From Acidimicrobiales bacterium (GTDB lineage: Bacteria; Actinomycetota; Acidimicrobiia; Acidimicrobiales; Bog-793): a DNA stretch of 64,000 nt. Positions 49,519 through 63,300 of the stretch are shown in pieces; the stretch's first letter is position 1, and every line of letters begins with the position of its first letter. Location: contig JBOGHW010000015.1 in assembly GCA_050744865.1 (NCBI GenBank), positions 7,554-71,553 of the forward strand, given 5' to 3'. The notes beneath the pieces are model-generated. The model was given only the letters and a program-made list of their open reading frames with translations, had not been told where the DNA came from and did not search any database. The translations under genes and the position numbers were made by a program.

Positions 49519-51864
49519 ATGCCCATAGAGACCATCGACGAGCAACCGGGTCCCGTGACCACCGGTCCGCACGAGCGCGGGTTGGCATACCAGGCAGCCC
49601 TCGACGGCGTGAGGGCGGTCGGCATCCTGTCGGTTCTGCTTTATCACGGGGGCGTGGGTTGGGCAGGGGGCGGGTTTCTCGGGGTGGAGGCATTCTTCGT
49701 CCTGTCCGGCTTCTTGATCACTTCGCTGCTCCTGGCCGAGTGGCATAGCGACAAGACGATCAAGCTCTCGCACTTCTGGGCCCGCCGGGCACGCCGCCTC
49801 TTGCCGGCGCTGTTCTGCGTCGTGGCCGCCATCGGTGCGTACGAGGCGATAGCGGGGCCGTCGAAGGCAGTGCCCGACCTGTTCGCCGACGGCCTGGCGA
49901 CGTTGTTCTACGTCGGGAACTGGCACCAGATCTGGACCGGCTCGAATTATTTCGCCGTCACCGCCCAGCAGTCGCCGCTGCTTCATACGTGGTCGCTCGC
50001 CATCGAGGAGCAGTTCTATTTGCTCTGGCCGCTCGTGGTGCTCGCCATCATGAAGCTCGGCAAGGGCGCTCGCCACGCCCGGGTCAAGATCCTGTTCGCC
50101 GTCGCCGTCGCCGGCTCGATCGCCTCGGCCGTCGAGATGCACGTGCTCTATCACGGCGGCGCCGGGATAGACCGCGTCTACTACGGCACCGACACCCGCG
50201 CCCAGGGCCTGCTGGCCGGAGCTGCTTTGGCCTGTGGCCTTGCCTGGTGGCGTCATAGTCGTTCGGGAGCGGGGCAACGGTCGGCGCCGGCTCTCGGCCG
50301 GTGGGCCACCGCAGTCCTTGGGGCGCTCGGGGTCGCCGGCGCCGGGGGTGTGCTGTGGGGCATGTATGCCGCCGGCAACACCGACGGGAGGAGCTCGGCT
50401 CTCTACAGCGGCGGGATGCTCGCCTTCGACGCTGCCACCGTGGCACTGATCGCCTCCGTGACGCTTGCGCCCAAAGCCCCCCTCGCGTGGCTGCTGTCCA
50501 CTTGGCCCCTGCGAACCATCGGCAAGATCTCCTATGGCCTGTATCTGTGGCACTGGCCGCTGTTCGTCTGGCTGACGGAGCAGTCGACCGGCTTGTCCGG
50601 GTTCGAGCTGTTCGCCCTCAGGGTCGGCTCGAGCTTCGCAGTCGCCACGGCGTCTTACTTCGTGATAGAGCAGCCGATCAGGCAGCGCCGCTGGTCGGTC
50701 AAAACCGTCAGGTCCCTTGCGCCGGTGGGAGCCTGCGCCGCAGTGGCGGCGCTCGTACTGGCCGCCAACGTCGCTCCTGTGGCGGCCTCGGGGAGTGGGT
50801 TCGGCAACATCGGGTCAGTGGTGGCGACAGTGGGCGGCGCCGGCGACACAGCTGCGACGCCCCCGTCCAGCGGCGCGCCGAGCACGACCGCCCCGTTGCC
50901 GCCGTCGACTGGCGCGCCCGGCACCACCGCCCCGGCAGCGGTCTTGCAGGACCCCACCACCAATAGTCGAGCCACCGTGAACACAACGGTCCCTCTCGAC
51001 CCTGTGTCCTGGGTCGGCAACCAAAGCTGCAAAGTGCGCCTGGCGGTGCCTGCTCCCTATGACGTACGCGTCGAGTACCACACCTGCCCGCCCGTGCGAG
51101 TCGAGTTGATCGGCGACTCCATGGCGCTGACGTTGGGCTACGGCCTCGAGTCTGAGCAGGAGTCCTATGGGGTCCTCATGGACGACAACGCCGAGCTCGG
51201 GTGCAGCTTCGGGACCAAGGGTGTGGGCGACTGGACCGGGAGCTGGCAAGCGCAGAGCTCTGCCTGTGACAAAGCGTTCCAGACCTGGCACAACGAGATC
51301 GAGAGCTTCCACGCCCAGGCAATCGTGGTGATGATGGGCTACTGGGACTGCTACGACAGGTTGTGGGACGGCCAGGACGTCCACATCGGCGAGCCGGCTT
51401 TCGACGCCTATCTGTACTCCCAGATGGTGAAGTTCGTGCAGACCGAGGGCGTCAGTGGCATCCCGATCGTGGTGCTCAGCGTGCCGTGGGTGGATCCTCC
51501 GCCCTTGGCCAACGGCAGCCCGCAGCCCGCAGCCTCGGCCCTTCGCCACAGCGAGATCAACGCCATGCTGGCGAGGCTTGCCCGCCAGTTCCCCGAGCAG
51601 GTGCACGTCGTCGACTCCGACACGTACGTGTCGCCGGGCAATCACTTCGACTCCGAAGTCAACGGCCACGCCTGCCGGTGGAGCGACGGCGTGCACTTCG
51701 AGACCTACTGCGGACAGCTCATGGCGCCGCCGGTGATGGCCCTCGTCCGCCAGCTCGTGGAGGCCCAAGGAGGTCCCGGCCCGGTTGCCACCAAGACCGG
51801 TACAGCGGTGACCTCGACCACCGCCCCGGTTTCCTCGACCACTTCTACCTCTTCGCCCTCCTAA
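49519..51864 (+). CDS. Acyltransferase-3 family membrane O-acyltransferase with C-terminal SGNH-like domain (OafA/YrhL type)
   Basis: Start is ATG 49519 (MPIETIDEQ). AT3 motifs are LDGVRAVGILSVLLYH, HTWSLAIEEQFYLLWP and ISYGLYLWHWP. A T/P/A-rich linker follows. The C-terminal domain has LIGDSMAL (SGNH block I-like). Confidence 0.85.
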   Translation: MPIETIDEQPGPVTTGPHERGLAYQAALDGVRAVGILSVLLYHGGVGWAGGGFLGVEAFFVLSGFLITSLLLAEWHSDKTIKLSHFWARRARRLLPALFCVVAAIGAYEAIAGPSKAVPDLFADGLATLFYVGNWHQIWTGSNYFAVTAQQSPLLHTWSLAIEEQFYLLWPLVVLAIMKLGKGARHARVKILFAVAVAGSIASAVEMHVLYHGGAGIDRVYYGTDTRAQGLLAGAALACGLAWWRHSRSGAGQRSAPALGRWATAVLGALGVAGAGGVLWGMYAAGNTDGRSSALYSGGMLAFDAATVALIASVTLAPKAPLAWLLSTWPLRTIGKISYGLYLWHWPLFVWLTEQSTGLSGFELFALRVGSSFAVATASYFVIEQPIRQRRWSVKTVRSLAPVGACAAVAALVLAANVAPVAASGSGFGNIGSVVATVGGAGDTAATPPSSGAPSTTAPLPPSTGAPGTTAPAAVLQDPTTNSRATVNTTVPLDPVSWVGNQSCKVRLAVPAPYDVRVEYHTCPPVRVELIGDSMALTLGYGLESEQESYGVLMDDNAELGCSFGTKGVGDWTGSWQAQSSACDKAFQTWHNEIESFHAQAIVVMMGYWDCYDRLWDGQDVHIGEPAFDAYLYSQMVKFVQTEGVSGIPIVVLSVPWVDPPPLANGSPQPAASALRHSEINAMLARLARQFPEQVHVVDSDTYVSPGNHFDSEVNGHACRWSDGVHFETYCGQLMAPPVMALVRQLVEAQGGPGPVATKTGTAVTSTTAPVSSTTSTSSPS

Positions 51865-51867
51865 TCG

Positions 51868-51887
51868 CCGGCCGCGCCGGCGGCCGG
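51868..51887 (+). terminator. GC-only hairpin 4 nt after the stop codon (candidate intrinsic terminator without a U-tract)
   Basis: CCGGCCGC-GCCG-GCGGCCGG forms a perfect 8-bp stem with a 4-nt loop. It is followed by TCCCGAG, so there is no T-run. Confidence 0.35.
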
Positions 51888-52017
51888 TCCCGAGCTGTCA
51901 GGAGCGGCCACTTCATAGCGCTTCGGCAAGTGGGCGGCGAGCGGGACAGGCCGGCGAGCACCCCATGACAAGTGCCGGTGAGGCACCAGCGCGCACACCG
52001 CCCGTACCATCGACTCC

Positions 52018-55000
52018 GTGGGTTGCACAGTCGAGCGAGTAGTCCCGGGTACCGGCTCGGAAGACGCCTTGGCGCGCCGCCTCCCGCAGCTGCGGGCCGG
52101 AGATGCCCTCGCACCTGTGTTCGTCGTGGTCAGGGCGCCCCTCGTGGGTGTCGGGCTGCGCCACTCGTTGGCCAGGCGCAGCCCTTTGGCCGGCGTTCGC
52201 TTCGGTTCGCTCCATGCTCTCGTCAAGTTGGTGGCAGCCGGCCTGGAGCGGCCCGGCACGCACCGGGAGCTCACAGACGTCGCCGTCGCGTCGGCGGCCC
52301 GGGCGGTGCTGGCCGAGAGGCCGGGGATGCTGGCCGGCGTTGCCGGCCACCGTGCCACCGAGGCCGCCCTTGCCACGTCCTATCGGATGATGCGGGCGGC
52401 CAGTCCGCCGGACGCCGAGAGTCTGAGCCGCCTCGGGGGGCGGGTCGCCGACGTGGTCAGGCTCTCGCAGCGGATGGCCCAGTTGCTAAGCCCCCACTTT
52501 TACGACTCGCTCGACGCCTTGCGGCTTGTTGCTTCGGAGATTGCCGACCCGCTGACAGATACCGCTGCCGCCGCCTTGTCGGCTGCCGGTCCCGTCGTGC
52601 TTTACCTCCCCGACCCGCTGCTGGCCGAGGAGACCGAGTTCGTTCGGCGCCTCTCCTGCCGTGTGGACGTGGTGGTGCTGGCTGGCTGCACCGGCGATCC
52701 CGATGCGGACGCCGGTACCGACGGCTGGGTGGCGCAGCTGGCCGGGGACCCAGCAACTGCAGTGCCCGAAGGCGGCCACGACGGGCCTCCTCGCTTTGGC
52801 CGCGTCGTGTCGGCTCCCGATGCCGACGTGGAGGTGAGGCAAGCCGTCCGGCGCTTGATGGCGCATGCTGAGTCCGGCGGCGACCTTGCGCGCTGCATCG
52901 TGGCCTATCCGGACGGCACGGGCTCGAACGCCTTGGGCGGGCGGGTGGCAGCCGCCTGCAGCGCCGCCGGCATACCCTGCACAGGCGGCCCGCCAACGCC
53001 TCTGCGTGCAGCTCCGGAGGGCAAGACGCTGGCCGGGCTGGTCGACCTGGCCCGGCCGGTTCCGCCGGGGGCAGAGCTCGAGAGGGCGGCGGTTATCAAG
53101 TGGCTCGGGACTTGCACGGTCGTCGGTGGCCACGGGTTGGCCAGCGGCCTGGCCACAGTGCAAGAGGGCCAGCCTCTCCCTGTCGGGCTCTGGGACAGGT
53201 GCTCGAGGGCTGCCGGTGTCCTGGCTGGTCTCGACCACTGGCGGGAACGGCTCAGCAGCTACGCCGCCACATCTGATCGGCTCCGAGCTGGAACCACGGT
53301 CGCGGCCACGTACGATCTCTTGACGTTCGTGGAGAGGCTCCACAGCTTGACGGCGATTGCCTCGGCTAGCAGTTGGGCCGGCTGCGCGGCTTGGGCCCTC
53401 GGCGCTCTGGAGGAGATCTTGAGCCCGGAGCCAGAGCGCGCAGCGGTCAAGGAAGCTGTGGCCGAAGCCGTCGGCGACCTGGCTTGCCTCGACGACGTCG
53501 AGCCGCTGGCCGACCTCGGCGTCGCCGAGCGCATGCGGCGGTTCGGCGCAGCTCTCGCCCTCACGCTTGATCGGGCTGCTCCGTCGCCGAGAGCAGGCAG
53601 AGGGCCCATAGCGGGATCGCTGAGCCAGGTTGCCGGCCTGCCTGCTGATGTGCTGCTCGTGGTCGGGTGCAGAGAAGGCGACTTGCCTGGCCGCTCGCCG
53701 GGCGATCCCCTTGTCTCGGCTGCCGAGAGGGCTGCAGTGCAGTCCTTGGTGCCGACAGAGCGCCTCGCCGACCGCCAGCGCCGCCACGTTGCGACGCTGT
53801 TGGCAGCCAGCGGGTCCTCGCAGGCGTCCTTCGCCCGGATCGATGTCAGTGCCGGTCGCAGCAACTACCCGTCGAGGTGGCTGGATGGTGACTTGTGGCG
53901 GGGCGAGACGAGCGAGATCCCGTCCTTCTTCGGGTCCCTGCGGTTGCTGGCCGCCGGCCGGGGTGCCCCGGCCGATGCCGGGGACCTGGAGTTGGCGGCG
54001 CTCTCGGTGGCAGCCGGGCGCCGCCGTACCGACTTCATATGCGAGATCGACGCGGACTTCGGCCGCCGTACGCGAGCGGTCCGGGCCAGGCGCCGGGGGG
54101 GCCTCAACCGGTTTGCCGGCTATGTCGGCCCGGCGGCGGCCGCCGGAGAGGCCTGGGACCGCCACCAGTCCGCTACCACCTTGGAGGACTTGGCCAAGTG
54201 CCCGTTCAGGTTCTTCATGGGCAAGATGCTGCGAGTCGAGAGTATCGAGGCGCCCGAGCAGCTCGTCTCCGTCGATCCCCGAGAGCGCGGGAACCTGATG
54301 CACGGCGTGCTGGAGCGATTCTTCGCTCCCTACGCCGAAGTCGGCGAGGTGCCGAAGTTCGACGAGGCAGAGCGGCGACGGTTGGAGGAGCTGGGCGAGG
54401 ACGGGTTCGCTGCCTTCGAGGCGGAGGCCAAGACCGGCAAGCTCGTCTTTTGGGCAGCCGAACGCCGGACCATCGCCCGCGATCTGCAGCGTTTCGTGGC
54501 CAAGGACGTCGCCGCCTCCGCTGCGGAGGCACTTGTGCCGATAGCCGTCGAGTTGGACTTCGGGCGCGAGGACTCCGCCCCTGTCGTCATAGCCGCGGGT
54601 GGTCACGAGGTGAAGTTCCGGGGACGGATCGACAGGGTGGATCGTGCTCCAGACGGCTCACTGGTGGTGGCCGACTACAAGAGCGGCCGATCCGACGGCC
54701 ACATGGACATCATCAAGCGCCCGCTCGGCAGCGGTACCCACCTGCAGCTGCCTATCTACGCAAAAGCGGCGCTGCAGGCCGACGGGGGGAGGGCGGTTCC
54801 GGTAAGGGCGGAGTACCGGTTCGTCCAGGCCACCGCTGAGTATGCGGTCATACCCGTCCAGTTGACCGACGACCTCGACACGGAGCTGTCTTCGGTGCTC
54901 GCGGCGCTGGTTTCCACGGTAGCTGAGGGCTGCTTCCCGCCGCGCCCGGGCGCCCAGGGGTACATGTCCCAGTACGACAATTGCCGGTACTGCGACTTCG

Positions 55001-55148
55001 ACGACGTCTGTGCAGCTGACAGGCAGGCGCTTTGGGCACGGGCCGCCTGGGATCCGCTCCTGAAGCCCTACGTCGACCTGGTCGAGCCCGTCGCGGAGGC
55101 GGCCGAGCTGACCGACGGCCATGGCACAGCTGTCCAGGCACCCGTCGC

Positions 55149-55152
<4 letters not shown>
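52018..55152 (+). CDS. Helicase-nuclease complex subunit, AddB/AdnA-like (PD-(D/E)XK nuclease with Fe-S cysteines; no intact Walker A seen)
   Basis: 1044 aa. The C-terminal RecB-type nuclease reads GRIDRVD...VVADYKSGR. Cysteines KCPFRFF and CRYCDFDDVC give the C...CxxCx5C pattern of AddB clusters. Its TGA overlaps the ATG of the next gene (ATGA, 55149-55152). Confidence 0.75.
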
Positions 55153-58817
<3,665 letters not shown>

Positions 58818-58991
58818 GCAGGGCGCCGGCAGCGGCGCCGGCGTCGGCGCCGGGTGCGATGACGGCGAGGTGCGCCGCCTCAGCCGATTCGCCCGCAGCG
58901 GGGTCGCCTGTAGCCAACTCGTCTCCACCCACCTCGCGCCCGGTTTGGTCGGCATCGGCCCTCTGGCCGGCGGCCGGTAGCGTCGCCTCTC

Positions 58992-60950
58992 ATGCCCAAA
59001 CGTTCTGTCGCGCAGCAGCTGCAGGCCGTCGTCGGCGCTCTCCCGCAAGGTGAGGTGCGTGAGGGGCAGTTGCAGATGGCCGAAGTCATCGCTTCGACGC
59101 TGGCAGCAGGGACCCACGTAGCCGTCACGGCAGGGACGGGGACTGGCAAGTCGTTCGGGTATCTCGTCCCGGCGATCATGTCGCAGCGGCGAGTTCTCGT
59201 CGCCACCGCCACCAAGGCACTGCAGGATCAGCTGGCCAACAAAGATCTCGGTCTCGTCGCCCAAGGCCTCAAGCCGCAGCAGGAAGTGCGCTGGGCCGTG
59301 TTGAAGGGTCGCTCGAACTACTTGTGCCGCCAGCGGATCGCCGAGATGCGCAGCGGAGCGCAAGGCTCGCTCGAGGATTTGCTGCCGACCGAGCGAGAGG
59401 GCTTGGCCTCCCAGCCAGGCAGCGTCGGAGAGCAGGTTGCCCGCCTCGTCGAGTGGTCGTCGGCGACCAAGACCGGCGACCGCGCCGAGCTCGACTTCGA
59501 GCCGCAACCTCGTGCCTGGTCGGCGGTGAGCGTAGGGAGCGACGAGTGCCCAGGCATGCACCGCTGCCCCGAAGGCGCCGACTGCTTCACCGAGCTGGCG
59601 CGCGCCAAGGCTGCCCTGGCCGACGTCGTCGTGGTGAACCTGCACCTCCTCGGTGCACACCTCCGTAGCGGCGGCGCCGTGCTCCCGGAGTTCGAGGCGC
59701 TCGTGGTCGACGAGGCTCACGAGCTCGAGGACGTCCTTGCCTCCAGTCTCGGCATCGAGGTGTCGCCTGGCCGGCTTAGAGCGCTGGCAGCCATGGCACG
59801 CTCAGTGCTCCCGGGCAGCGCCGACGCAGTGGAGGGAGTGATGGCGGCTGCGATTCGGGTCGAGGAGTCGCTGTTGCCTCTACGGGACAAACGTCTCCCA
59901 GTCGGTCTCGGCTCGGTAGCCGAGGCGGCCCGGCTGGCCGTCAACCGGCTGGTGGCCCTGGAGCGCCAGCTTCGGGCCGCCGGGCAGGATGGGGACGGGG
60001 CAACTGCCGCCGCGGACAAGCCGCCGAGAGACGGGACATCGGAACAGGGCCAGGGTGCCCTCCGGTCCCTGCTGGCCGTCGAGCGCTGCCGCGAGGAGCT
60101 GGACTCTCTGCTAATCGCGGGCGCGGAGGAGGTGGTGTGGGTGACGGGCGGGGACCGTCCTGCGCTCCGGTCGGCACCTCTCGACGTCAGCAGCGTCGTC
60201 CGGGCGCAGCTGTTCGAGCACGTACCTGTCGTCATGACGAGCGCGACCCTGCCCCCCGGTCTCCCACAGCGTCTCGGCGCGCCGCCTGAGGACGTCACGG
60301 AGCTGGACGTGGGCAGCCCCTTCGACTACAAGTCGAACGCCCTTCTCTATTGCGCCACCGACATCGGCGATCGCCGGCGCGAGGGCGCCGAGGCCGCCAT
60401 CCATGAAGAGATGGAGCAGTTGGTGCGGGCGGCCGGTGGCAGGACCCTCGGGCTGTTTACCAGCTACAGGGCGATGACCGCGGCGGCCGATGCGCTGAGG
60501 GATCGCATCGAGTGGCCGATCCACACCCAAGGCGACCTGCCCAAACCCGCTTTGTTGCAAGCCTTTGCCACCGAGGAGGCGGCGTGCCTGTTCGCGACGA
60601 TGGGCTTCTGGCAGGGCGTGGACGTGCCGGGCCCGACGTTGTCGCTGGTCGTGATCGACCGCCTCCCGTTCCCACGCCCTGACGACCCGCTCATGTCCGC
60701 CAGGCGCGACGCTGCCGGCGGGCAAGGCTTCCGGGCGGTCGACCTCCCGCGGGCGGCGACGCTGCTGGCTCAAGGCGCCGGCCGTCTGATTCGCACAGCA
60801 GACGACAGGGGCGTCGTCGCCGTGCTCGACTCACGCTTGGCAATCGCCAGCTACGCCGGCTATCTCTTGAAGGCCCTGCCGCCGATGCGGCGGACGCGCG
60901 ACAGGCAGGTTGCTGTGCAGTTCCTGCGGGATCTGCACGCAGGTCAGTAG
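58992..60950 (+). CDS. dinG: ATP-dependent DNA helicase, DinG/XPD family
   Basis: 652 aa. Walker A is AGTGTGKSFGYLVPA and the DEAH box is VVDEAHELED. Four Cys (NYLC, DEC, HRC, ADC) sit where the XPD-type Fe-S domain is expected. The C-terminus has FWQGVDVPG and IDRLPF. Confidence 0.85.
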   Translation: MPKRSVAQQLQAVVGALPQGEVREGQLQMAEVIASTLAAGTHVAVTAGTGTGKSFGYLVPAIMSQRRVLVATATKALQDQLANKDLGLVAQGLKPQQEVRWAVLKGRSNYLCRQRIAEMRSGAQGSLEDLLPTEREGLASQPGSVGEQVARLVEWSSATKTGDRAELDFEPQPRAWSAVSVGSDECPGMHRCPEGADCFTELARAKAALADVVVVNLHLLGAHLRSGGAVLPEFEALVVDEAHELEDVLASSLGIEVSPGRLRALAAMARSVLPGSADAVEGVMAAAIRVEESLLPLRDKRLPVGLGSVAEAARLAVNRLVALERQLRAAGQDGDGATAAADKPPRDGTSEQGQGALRSLLAVERCREELDSLLIAGAEEVVWVTGGDRPALRSAPLDVSSVVRAQLFEHVPVVMTSATLPPGLPQRLGAPPEDVTELDVGSPFDYKSNALLYCATDIGDRRREGAEAAIHEEMEQLVRAAGGRTLGLFTSYRAMTAAADALRDRIEWPIHTQGDLPKPALLQAFATEEAACLFATMGFWQGVDVPGPTLSLVVIDRLPFPRPDDPLMSARRDAAGGQGFRAVDLPRAATLLAQGAGRLIRTADDRGVVAVLDSRLAIASYAGYLLKALPPMRRTRDRQVAVQFLRDLHAGQ

Positions 60951-61813
60951 CCCAGCCGCTCGATCAGGTCGGGCCGCCTTTGCCAGGACTTCTCGACTTT
61001 CACGAACAGCTCCAGGTAGGCGCCGGGCGCGAGCTGCTGGCGGGCGGCGGTGCCGACGGCCTTCAGCACCGAGCCGCCGCGGCCGATGACGATGCCCTTT
61101 TGGGACTCGCGTTCGACCAGGATCTCGCAACGGATATGTGGCCAGTCCCATTCGGTGACACGGCAGGCGATGGAGTGTGGCAGCTCCTCTTCGGCGTGAC
61201 GGAGGAGCTGCTCCCGAACCAGCTCGGCGACGAAGAAGGCTTCTGGCACATCGGTGACAGTACCGACCGGGAAGTAGCGCGGGCCGAGCGGCATGGCCGC
61301 CACGAGGTGCTCGACGAGCTCGGGCACACCGTCGCCGGTGAGGGCCGAGACGGGGAAGTACTCGGCGCCCTCGATGCGGAGATCCGACGCCGCCGCGGCG
61401 AGATGCCGGAGAACCTCGTGCCGGCCGGCCTTGTCGACCTTGTTGACGGCCACGATCGTGCCCGGAGGCAGTCGCTCGGCTATGAAGCGGTCGCCCGAGC
61501 CGATCTCGCTGCTCGCCTCCACCATCAACACGCAGATGTCGACGTCGCCCACCGAATGAGAAGCCGTCTCGTTGAGGCGGGAGCCGAGGGCGGTCTTCGG
61601 CTTGTGCATACCGGGCGTGTCGACGAACACGACCTGAGCGTCCGGGCGGTCGAGAATGCCTCTCAGGCGGGTGCGAGTCGTGTGCGGGATGGGCGAGGTG
61701 ATGGCCACCTTCGTCCCGACGATCCGGTTGAGCAGCGTCGACTTGCCGACGTTGGGGCGCCCGACGAGGGCGACGAAGCCCGACCGGCACTCCTCGGTAG
61801 CCGGCTCGCTCAT
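60944..61813 (-). CDS. era: GTPase Era
   Basis: 289 aa. GTPase motifs are G1 GRPNVGKSTLLN, G3 DTPG and G4 NKVD. The C-terminal KH domain reads VERESQKGIVIGRGG. Confidence 0.95.
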   Translation of the reverse strand: MSEPATEECRSGFVALVGRPNVGKSTLLNRIVGTKVAITSPIPHTTRTRLRGILDRPDAQVVFVDTPGMHKPKTALGSRLNETASHSVGDVDICVLMVEASSEIGSGDRFIAERLPPGTIVAVNKVDKAGRHEVLRHLAAAASDLRIEGAEYFPVSALTGDGVPELVEHLVAAMPLGPRYFPVGTVTDVPEAFFVAELVREQLLRHAEEELPHSIACRVTEWDWPHIRCEILVERESQKGIVIGRGGSVLKAVGTAARQQLAPGAYLELFVKVEKSWQRRPDLIERLGY

Positions 61814-63300
61814 CTCCCGTCATCCGTTGCCGCCGAACGGCCGAGCGGCCTGTTGCCCGGTCCAGCCGCTGGCTGCGACGGCGCACCGCTGCCCGCCCCG
61901 CCGGGCTCGCCCGCGCTCCCGCCCCGGCCAGCCATGCCACCCACGCCCATGCCACCCACGCCCAGGCCACCCACGCCACCCCCAACGACCTCGCCCGTCT
62001 CCCCGCCGACGAGCCGCAGCTGCGCCTCGGCGGGCTTCACCAGGCGGACCGTGCCTATCCGTCGCCCTTGCATCCGCTCGGCGACCAGCAAGTGCCCGCC
62101 GAGCTCGACTGCCTCTCCCTGGTTCGGGATGCGCCCCAGCTTGGCCAGGACCAGCCCACCGATCGTGTCCCAGTCGTCGCTCAACGGGAGGTCGGTACCC
62201 AACAGCTCGTTCACCTCGTCCACGACCATGCGGGCAGACACCCGCCACTGGCCCGGGCCGAGCGGTTCGACGAGCGGCTCGTCGACGTCGAACTCGTCGA
62301 AGATCTCGCCGACGAGCTCCTCGATCAAGTCCTCCAGGGTCACCACCCCCGACGTGCCGCCATACTCGTCGATCACCACGGCCAGGTGGAACTGCCCGCT
62401 TTGCATCTCCCGCATGAGGGGAGCGACCCGCTTGGTCTCGGGCACGTAGTGGGCGGGGCGGGCGAGCGTCACCACGTCGCGGTGCTCGTTGCCTTGGCGC
62501 ACCGCCCGCACCAGGTCCTTGGTGAAGGCGATGCCCACGACGTTGTCGACGCTGCCCTCGAACACCGGGATGCGGCTCAAACCTGCTGAGATAGCTCGCT
62601 CGAGCACGGCTCCTGCTTCGCTCTGCCCGCTGACGGCGACTACGTCGGGCCTTGGGACCATGACCTCGCGGACGATGGTGTCGCCGAAATCGATGATCGA
62701 GTGGATCAGCTCCCGCTCCTCGGTCTCGATCGCCTCTTCTTCGACGGCGACGTCGGTGAAGGCGAGCAACTCCGACTCGAGGATCTCGGCTTCGGCCGCC
62801 GGCTGGGACCGACCCTTGGGAGTGATGGCTTGAGCGATCCCGATGAGGAGGCTGGCGACTGCGCGGACAGGCGGGAAAGCTACGAAGGCGGCCACGATCG
62901 GCGCCGCGAACAGCGCCGCCTTGTCCCCGTGGTGCACCGCCCACTGCTTGGGCACGGCTTCGGCGAACAGGAAGATCACGACCACTTCGAACACCGTGGC
63001 GGCGGCCACCCCGAGGGCGCCCAGGACGTGGGCGGCCACGACGCCCACAAGCGTGGCAGCGACGAGCTGGCATATCAGCACCAACAGGAGGATCGGGGCC
63101 AAGAAACGCTCCGGGTGCTCCACAAGCCTGCTCAGCGACTTCGAGCCCCGCGCCTCGGACTCCTCGAGCGCCTTGGCCCGCGTCCGCGAGACTCGCGTGA
63201 GGCTCGTCTCGGCCAGCGCCAGGACGGCCGAGACGACGATCAACACCGCCACGGCGACGAGGATGGCGCCGTCTGCGCCGCTGAACGATGCGACGATCAT
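61810..63300 (-). CDS. Hemolysin-family/CNNM transporter protein (DUF21, CBS pair, CorC_HlyC) with Gly-rich C-terminal extension
   Basis: Start is ATG 63300 (MIVASFSGADGAILVAVAVLIV), sharing one nt with the ybeY stop. The CBS region reads VREVMVPRPDVVAV...IPVFEGSVDNVVGI. The C-terminal domain reads LGRIPNQGEAVELGGHLLVAERMQGRRIGTVRLV. About 90 aa of G/V/M/A-rich tail follows. Confidence 0.88.
   Translation of the reverse strand: MIVASFSGADGAILVAVAVLIVVSAVLALAETSLTRVSRTRAKALEESEARGSKSLSRLVEHPERFLAPILLLVLICQLVAATLVGVVAAHVLGALGVAAATVFEVVVIFLFAEAVPKQWAVHHGDKAALFAAPIVAAFVAFPPVRAVASLLIGIAQAITPKGRSQPAAEAEILESELLAFTDVAVEEEAIETEERELIHSIIDFGDTIVREVMVPRPDVVAVSGQSEAGAVLERAISAGLSRIPVFEGSVDNVVGIAFTKDLVRAVRQGNEHRDVVTLARPAHYVPETKRVAPLMREMQSGQFHLAVVIDEYGGTSGVVTLEDLIEELVGEIFDEFDVDEPLVEPLGPGQWRVSARMVVDEVNELLGTDLPLSDDWDTIGGLVLAKLGRIPNQGEAVELGGHLLVAERMQGRRIGTVRLVKPAEAQLRLVGGETGEVVGGGVGGLGVGGMGVGGMAGRGGSAGEPGGAGSGAPSQPAAGPGNRPLGRSAATDDGR
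61934..61978. repeat. 3 x 15-bp tandem repeat (ATGCCACCCACGCCC) inside the CNNM gene tail
   Basis: Units lie at 61934-61948, 61949-61963 and 61964-61978. The last starts AG instead of AT. They encode GVGGLGVGGMGVGGM on the minus strand. Confidence 0.9.

Noticed and set aside
49507-50553. Upstream 349 codons of the 865-aa ORF-track model for hutH.
   Set aside because: HAL homology begins at [17 protein letters not shown] (ATG 49506). The upstream part is antisense to the well-supported acyltransferase-3 gene and is Arg/Gly/Pro-rich.
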